This document shows positions 21,269 to 27,406 of a stretch of 27,406 nucleotides of DNA, piece by piece. Source of the DNA: Octopus sinensis (lineage: Eukaryota); NCBI RefSeq assembly GCF_006345805.1, contig NW_021834045.1, forward strand, positions 1-27,406, written 5' to 3'. A program made the translations under genes and the position numbers. Every line of letters begins with the position of its first letter. Within the stretch, counting starts at the first letter, position 1. The notes under the pieces are model-generated. The model did no database searches. It was given only the letters and a program-made list of their open reading frames with translations, and was not told where the DNA came from.

Positions 21269-21812
21269 TTAATGGTCTCTATTTCCTCCATCTTTATGAA
21301 AATACAGCTTCTTATGCACCCCTGTTCTCGTCTGAACGTGTGTTTTGAATTTATTATATGGACAGGTAAAACTGGTCTTCCCAATGATTACGAAAACGGG
21401 CTCCCTCCCTCGAGTGGGCGAACAATATATGTGCTAGTCTCGTGGTGTATTCGTTTGATCGTCATTCCACCATATCCGACAATCAGTGGTCAGGTACCTT
21501 CACCTACGCCACGACCTGTTCATCCCCCACGAGTTGTGTCGAGCGGATTTTGGAAAAATGTTGGGCAGCACATTTTATTTTGTCGATGGCCTTTTCGACA
21601 TCCTCAGGTTCCCCAGTCACGCAGAAGATTAGTTCTTCTTTTCTGGTAGGATTCTTGATGAATGTGTTTTTGTCTTCACAAATTGCTTTGATTTTCACCC
21701 TGTCGGTTAATATTCACGCAGCACTTTGTTTTCCTAATATTTCTGTCACATACTCAAAATTGGGTACTCGGATGGACATGGTGATATTTTTAGGATTATA
21801 AAAACAAAACAT
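21269..21812 (-). pseudogene. mex-3: MEX-3 family tandem-KH RNA-binding protein gene, frameshifted in KH2
   Basis: NITMSIRVPNFEYVTEILGKQ|RVKIKAICEDKNTFIKNPTRKEELIFCVTGEPEDVEKA..AAQHFSKIRSTQL|VKVP..LIVGYGGMTIKRIHHETSTYIVRP..EPVFVIIG..KTHVQTRTG. Introns at 21724-21700 (25 nt) and 21530-21504 (27 nt, with an in-frame TAG at its acceptor). Three indels in KH2. No RING domain seen. Confidence 0.88.
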
Positions 21813-22989
21813 TTTATGAACAAATATATAGAAATCAAACGCAAAACGGCAATCAAGTATAAATACTTAGTCTATTCACGTGTCTTCCTACCCGCGTTAT
21901 TTCTTTACTAAATTATTCTCAAATTAAATGGCTGTTAACCATGTTAGAGCACGCTGTTTGCTAGAATTGTCCTAAATATGAATATATTACTTATCCCAGA
22001 ACTCTTTATTGCTGAGAGTGTATTGAGTGTGGTTTAGGATTATCGAAATAAATTAATAGTAAATAAGCCAGGCGTCAATAACATGCAGGACTCGCAGTCT
22101 AGGACGCCCTCCCAGCCTCATTGATAGCGAAACATATTAAATGTCGATATAATTTGATTCAAATATGCTGTTTGATTAAATGAGTTGTCTCTACGTTGAT
22201 CCGGTTAATTGAGTTAGAATCAATGTAAACATGTTTGATTTTCCTAAGCATGCAAATATATAGGTTTTGCCTAGTCGTTTTTGCAATTGATTTCGACACT
22301 ATTCAATGTTGCTTAGTCATTTTGTTTAAAAATACAGAAATTATTTTTTGTATCAGTTTGCTTTTGATAAGTGCCACTTTGCTCTTGGTAAGACCCACTT
22401 TAAGCCTGAAATGGTATAGAATTAGATGTCTATAATATTTTTTGGAAAATTCTTTCCAACATTGCGTTTTATTTGCGCCTAAAAAGAGGGGCCCACATGC
22501 TGTCAATGACAGTCATCTCTTTTAGTATTTTTAGGACCATCTTCATGATTGCAACTGTCGAAAATGACCTGCATATATTAATTTCAGGCAAAATACTCGG
22601 ATGTTGTCTGGAATAATTTCTATACTGACAAGTCCCAAAAAAAGTTTCGAAAAATTATACATCTTGGGCACTTTGGTAGTGGTTGTAAAATAGGAAGTGA
22701 ATACGGCTGGTGTAGTGCCTATGAGTCATCGTGGGTGGTTTCCTTAATATTAAATGTCATTGTCCGTTTATAAACCAGCCCGTTTTGTTACTATCGATTT
22801 TATTTATACTTTATTGATTATATGATGAGTGGTTTCATTTTTTGATATTTTTCGAAAGACTGTTAGATTACAAAAAAACCACACGAGACAAAAATAAATA
22901 GCATATTAGAAAAGTAACAATTTATTATATAAAATGTTTATTTAGTGCTTATAAAATGTTTATTTTAATAAATAGAAATTAATTAAAAC

Positions 22990-23290
22990 AACCCATAACT
23001 ACAACTCCTCCTCTTGGACACTCACAGTGCACGAAATGAAAATCTGAATTCCTTCCACAGAATGCAGCTGAAATGCATCCTAAGAAAACTCCCGCAACAC
23101 TCCTCATCCGGAAACGACCTTCCGAGGAAGACCACGAATTAGCAACCCTTCTGCATCAAGACCATACTTTGATTGAAAAAGGGTTAAAATCAGCAGACGA
23201 TCTTGAGCACCTGAGAGAACTATCGAGGAACAGAGGGACTTGAAGCGATTAACAAAACACATCCAGGAGAGGGTGGCACAAGAGAGATAA
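22990..23290 (+). mobile_element. 3' fragment of an RTE-like LINE
   Basis: YNYNSSSWTLT..NLNSFHRMQLK..RGRPR..GLKSADDLEHLRELSRNRGT, degraded. Confidence 0.65.
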
Positions 23291-23304
23291 CTTTACTAAC
23301 GTTA

Positions 23305-24960
23305 TTTTGTGATGTGCTTATTAATAATGATAACTCTACCCCCAGCGTATAGCTGACGCCTAGCCCAGTAAATTATTATTATTTTAGCACATTCCGTAGG
23401 GACATCAACAGAAAGAGTTATATTCCTACACGTGCCACACACGACCTTCTGTACCAACGATTTCCAGCTTCCGCGGTTTTGGGTCAGTATCCGGAGTTGG
23501 TCGAGATCATCACAGGTCTTCAGGGTTTTCTTTAAAAGCCTCAAGTCGTCTTGCAGAACAATCGGTGGGGTGAGCCAAGCTTCTTGGACAGTCTCCATAA
23601 GATGAGTGTCTGAGCGTGATATCTCAACCACTTCCGTCTTGTCCGGGTTCATTTTTAGAAACCATTCCCCGAGTTTTCCTGATGCAATCTCCAGCAGTCT
23701 AGCCAGTGCTGATCTGTCGCTCGACACCAAGTCGACATCATTCGCGTAGATAATTTCGGTGATTGACTCCACGCTTCTCAGCTCTCTTAGGGCAGCTTCG
23801 AGGTAAATCACGAAGAACAGTGGTGAAAGGGAGTCACCTCAGAGGTCGTGTTTGGGCAGAGAAAGGTGATATCGTCTCCGTGTTCTTGTTTAATCGTTGT
23901 TCAAAGAAATCCGCTATAAGGCTTACCTGTTCCACTGGGTCAGATACTTTAGTTCCTTTGTTGGTTAGGAGTAGAAGTTTAGGACTGCTTTTCTTCCTGT
24001 TGAGCAGCCGTAATGCTTGAAACATTCGTGCATTGTCCTTGTAAGATTCCAGCTCCTAGTCGAGGTTCCAACAAATAAAGCGATTGAATACGGCCGTGTT
24101 CTTGTTTAATCGTTGTTCAATCGCTTTATTTGTTTCTGAATAATTGCTCGTCGGGCTTTCAGTGCATGTTTGTGTTCTCAATCGTCAACATGAGCTCCTT
24201 TTGTTCAGCCGATAGGGAGAAAACATCCGGATAGTACAGTCTGGTAGTGTTCTTTGTATGTTTTCCAACACATTTATCTGCGGCCTAATGGATGCCACTA
24301 GACATAGCTTTCCAAGCTGCAGTCGGGATTAGTCCAGGATTCATATTTTTGAGTGATTATTCAATCGATGATTTGTAGATATTTCGGGTCGATGGTGAGA
24401 AGACCAGTTTTTCCGTCAGCCCGGTGTATGAGTCATTCGATGATTTGATTTTTTCAGCAAGTATGATTTCTGCAGACTGAATCTGCTGACGAGTGATCCA
24501 CCATAAGAGTGAGAGTCCAATAGGAGACATGCATCTTTTTGTCGGCAAATGATGTAGTCAATTTGGTTATAAATAGGCACGCAGTTCCCATTTTTGTCAC
24601 GTCGCCTTCCCGTCCAGGTGAATTTATGCGAGCAGGGTGTCAAAAGACTTTTTGCATAAGAAAATCCAGCGTTTGCAGAAGTTGGCTTATGGTCCTGCAG
24701 GTTTCTATATCCTCTTCCGTGTCGTCCAATGAAGTTTCTGGGCAGAGGGTAGCAAGATCATTCAGTAGTTCCGTATGTTAAGTCCATTCCCGACTTTAGT
24801 TGGTCTCTTGTATGCATCCGAAGTCAGCACGATACTTCTCCATGTCATTGAAAAGCGCTTCCTGTTTCCAGGTCTGGAAAAGACCCCGAACATTGAAAGA
24901 TAAGCCCATTCAGTTGTATTGTGTGTGTCTTAGACATCGTGCAAGAGAGCCACGTCACCA
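23305..24960 (-). mobile_element. RTE-like LINE with APE start and 3' end but most of the RT deleted
   Basis: FNVRGL..DFGCIQET (~24900-24820) and WTGRRRD..YNQIDYII (APE). GDSLSPLLFVIYLEAAL..EIIYANDVDL..LKMNPDKTE follow at 23840-23630. The segment between TISPFSA and GDSLSP is missing. Confidence 0.85.
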
Positions 24961-24999
24961 CCTCAACCAAAAAAAAGTTAAAATACTTGAATTTACAAA

Positions 25000-25420
25000 T
25001 GAGTCTAGATTCCAACAAATCTCTAATTTTCAATATTTTTATAAACACAATTCGATATTTATAATCTGCAACAACAGTGTTTATTCCGCTCGATATTTTC
25101 AAAGGTCTCTAATTTGAAAATGAGTGTACAGCCTTGTTATAATAGTACACTTTATTTTTCAAAATCCATAGTCACTTTTTTACCTGTTTACACAATTTTG
25201 GAAAGTTTTCGGGTGATCTTTTGTTTAAAAAGTTCTGCAATCCACTGTGTAGGCGAATTTTTTGGTCTTCCATGTATCTGAACTACGTTGAACTCTTCGC
25301 TTGGATTTCTCAGAGACACATTTTTGAATTCTGAACTATTATCTGATTGCAAAATTTTGCAAGGTCTAGAAAAGCGATCTTAAGTTGTTGCATACTTCTT
25401 TTGAAGATTGATGAACAAGT
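25000..25420 (-). mobile_element. Ginger/GIN-like integrase core fragment (continues at 26760-26800 across the hAT)
   Basis: RFAF|VITLVHQSSKEVCNNLRSLF reads in frame across the TSD. Then RPCKILQSDNSSEFKN..VQIHGRP..TQWIAELFKQKITRKLSK. Confidence 0.75.
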
Positions 25421-25428
25421 GTTATGAC

Positions 25429-26751
25429 TAGGGCCAACATTTTTTAACCTTAAAAATTGAAAAATTTAACCTTAAAAAGTTAACTTTATTAACCTATAAA
25501 CCAAAATTTTTAACCTTAAAATTAAAAAAATTAAACTTTATTTATTCTCAGGTTAAACCTGTAAAGTATAAATAAGAAACAATAAAATACTTTAAAGACT
25601 ATTTATTGAAAATGGACATAACATAATTTTCCAAATTTTGTGTAGCAAAGTTTCTGTATGCCCTCATAAAACTCCTAAATTGCGAAAAGCATCGTTCGAT
25701 AGATGCCGAGGATGGTTGACAATTTTGAAGTAACGAATAATCTTCCGGAGAGATATTTTTATTATCCATATTAATAATTTTAGTCATATCGCTCTCTAAA
25801 ATTCTCTTCTCTAAATATTTTTTGATCCCTGCTTCATCATTCCACAAGTCAAGTGTACTTAACGTCGAATATGCAAATTCTATTGTACATTCGTTACTTT
25901 CAAGTTGTAATATTTTCTCTATGAGATTAATTACTATATGAAAAACCTGGAATATGTGAATAGTTATGCGAAATTGCACATAAGCTTTTTACTAGTTTTT
26001 CACTTTTCAATGCATTTTTGGTGGCAGTCACTAGTATTCCTTCGTCCTCAATCAAATCAAAAATGTTAATCACTGAGATTAAATTTCTTGAATAAAAAGA
26101 TGCAGCCTTTAACCAGGTGCCCCATCTCGTCAACACAACTTTCGGAGGAATTCCAATTTCGTAAAACAACAATTTTCGCTTGTGGTTCTTCCTGACAGAA
26201 GCATGCACGCTAGCTATCACATCATCAACTTCTGGATAAGATTTTCTGACCTCCATTGAACAATTATGCAAAATATGGGTAACGCAATTAACATGAAAAA
26301 GATATATTATCGAAAAATCCTTACCAACTAAAGTCTTATGTTTCTTTGATATCCTGTGGAGGTTAACAAAATGCTTTTTCGAGCACTTTATGTTGTTAAG
26401 CATAGTTTACAAAACAATTCATCGTTGTTATTTAACTGAAATTCCTTTGGGAATTCGTTGACAATTAATTTTGCTTTAGTTAGATAAGACTTAGAAGTAC
26501 GCTGCATACAACAAAAACTTGTAATTTACACGCTGTTTAATATTTATTTAATCGTATAATAATAATTTGTTGAAATAATTAAATAAAATAAAGTTAAAAA
26601 AATTTAACCTTACGATTTATTTTTTTAACTTTTTAACTTTATAATTTTTTAAAATATAAAGATAGAACGTTTAAAAATAATATAAAAACAGTTTTTATTT
26701 AATTTTTATTTAAAATATTAAAATTTAACTTTATTAACTTTATCATCCCTA
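25429..26751 (-). mobile_element. internally deleted hAT element (CGGBP1-related transposase type)
   Basis: Perfect 8-bp TSD gttatgac (25421-28, 26752-59). TAGGG..CCCTA ends and ttaacc/ttaact subterminal arrays. ORFs 25927-26403 and 25599-25979 carry HVNCVTHILHNC, PPKVVLTRWGTWLKAASFY and PSSASIERCFS. Confidence 0.92.
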
Positions 26752-26829
26752 GTTATGACAAATGCAAATCTGAATAAATTGTTTAAAGATTTAATCTTTT
26801 TTTGCAAATACAACATCACTGGATATTTT

Positions 26830-27250
26830 TGGGATGCTCTTGATGAGTTTCCTTATTAGATCTTCATCTTACTGTTTAGAATTGCTAAATTTCGTAGTCC
26901 GAAATAGCTGAAACAACCCCACGGCATAAGTCTCACTCCTCCAAATTTTACAATTGGAGATAAATGCGATTTTTAGACGTGTATTATTTTTCAATAGCAT
27001 AATTTTTTTAATAAACAAACATTGGTTAATCAAATAAACAAAGATTTCAAAACAGCATTCGTCCGTAAAAATAGTCGACTTCCATGATTTTGCGAATACT
27101 GCAATAATTTTTTGGATAGAACAAAACATTTTTATTTTTTGGACAAATATAGGTTTTTTGGCACACTTTTGAATATATTTCTTTGTCTTTCTGATTAGTG
27201 CCGATGGTTCTTTTTGAAAAAATTTCCAATCAAAGAATTGAAATGCTTTG
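26830..27250 (-). mobile_element. Tc1 transposase fragment
   Basis: KKPIFVQK..WKSTIFTDECCFEIF..KFGGVRLMPWGCFSYFG, frameshifted. Confidence 0.8.
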
Positions 27251-27406
27251 CAAGTTTAGAAGCAGATTTTTTTTTCTGCGAAACGAATGTTAATAATGTA
27301 AGTGGATTTTTTAACGAAAATTATTAAAAGTAAGTTGGTAAAAGATTTATAGACTATGGGAATTAAATTCGGTACATTTACAATAACTGATACTTTGCGT
27401 ATAAGT

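Noticed and set aside
21119-21801. Plus-strand ORFs 21119-21649 and 21442-21801
   Set aside because: Antisense shadows of the mex-3 sequence.
363-21885. Recurrent CACGTG (E-box) hexamers
   Set aside because: Scattered palindromic 6-mers with no consistent position relative to genes.
25440-25560. TTAACC-like repeats suggesting a telomeric array
   Set aside because: Irregular spacing, inside the hAT TSDs and mirrored at the other end. These are subterminal repeats.
1-27406. Prokaryotic systems (CRISPR, retron, DGR, IS1595) or a microsporidian origin for the whole window
   Set aside because: All RTs are eukaryotic non-LTR types, there is no repeat-spacer array, and the IS1595-like protein has spliceosomal introns (Merlin). 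Intron-dense mex-3, IMPDH and LRR genes do not fit microsporidia.

Overview
AT-rich eukaryotic DNA that is mostly a nested graveyard of transposable elements. Non-LTR elements include two long APE-RT LINEs (2221-6860 minus, interrupted; 13880-16990 plus, two indels short of intact), RTE-like LINE pieces and REL-endonuclease retrotransposon fragments. DNA elements include Tc1, hAT, Merlin, Tigger/pogo and Ginger-like integrase remnants. Host-gene pieces lie among them: an IMPDH fragment, a frameshifted mex-3 copy and a secreted LRR receptor-like gene. MEX-3 points to an animal. The clearest signal is a set of eleven or twelve 24-30 nt GT-AG introns whose removal restores conserved protein motifs, both in host genes and inside two DNA transposases. 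This suggests a miniaturised animal genome (e.g. a myxozoan or dicyemid; not determinable here). Many junctions show internal deletion or templated insertion. Family assignments come from recalled motifs, not database searches. Boundaries are approximate unless TIRs, TSDs or splice sites are quoted.
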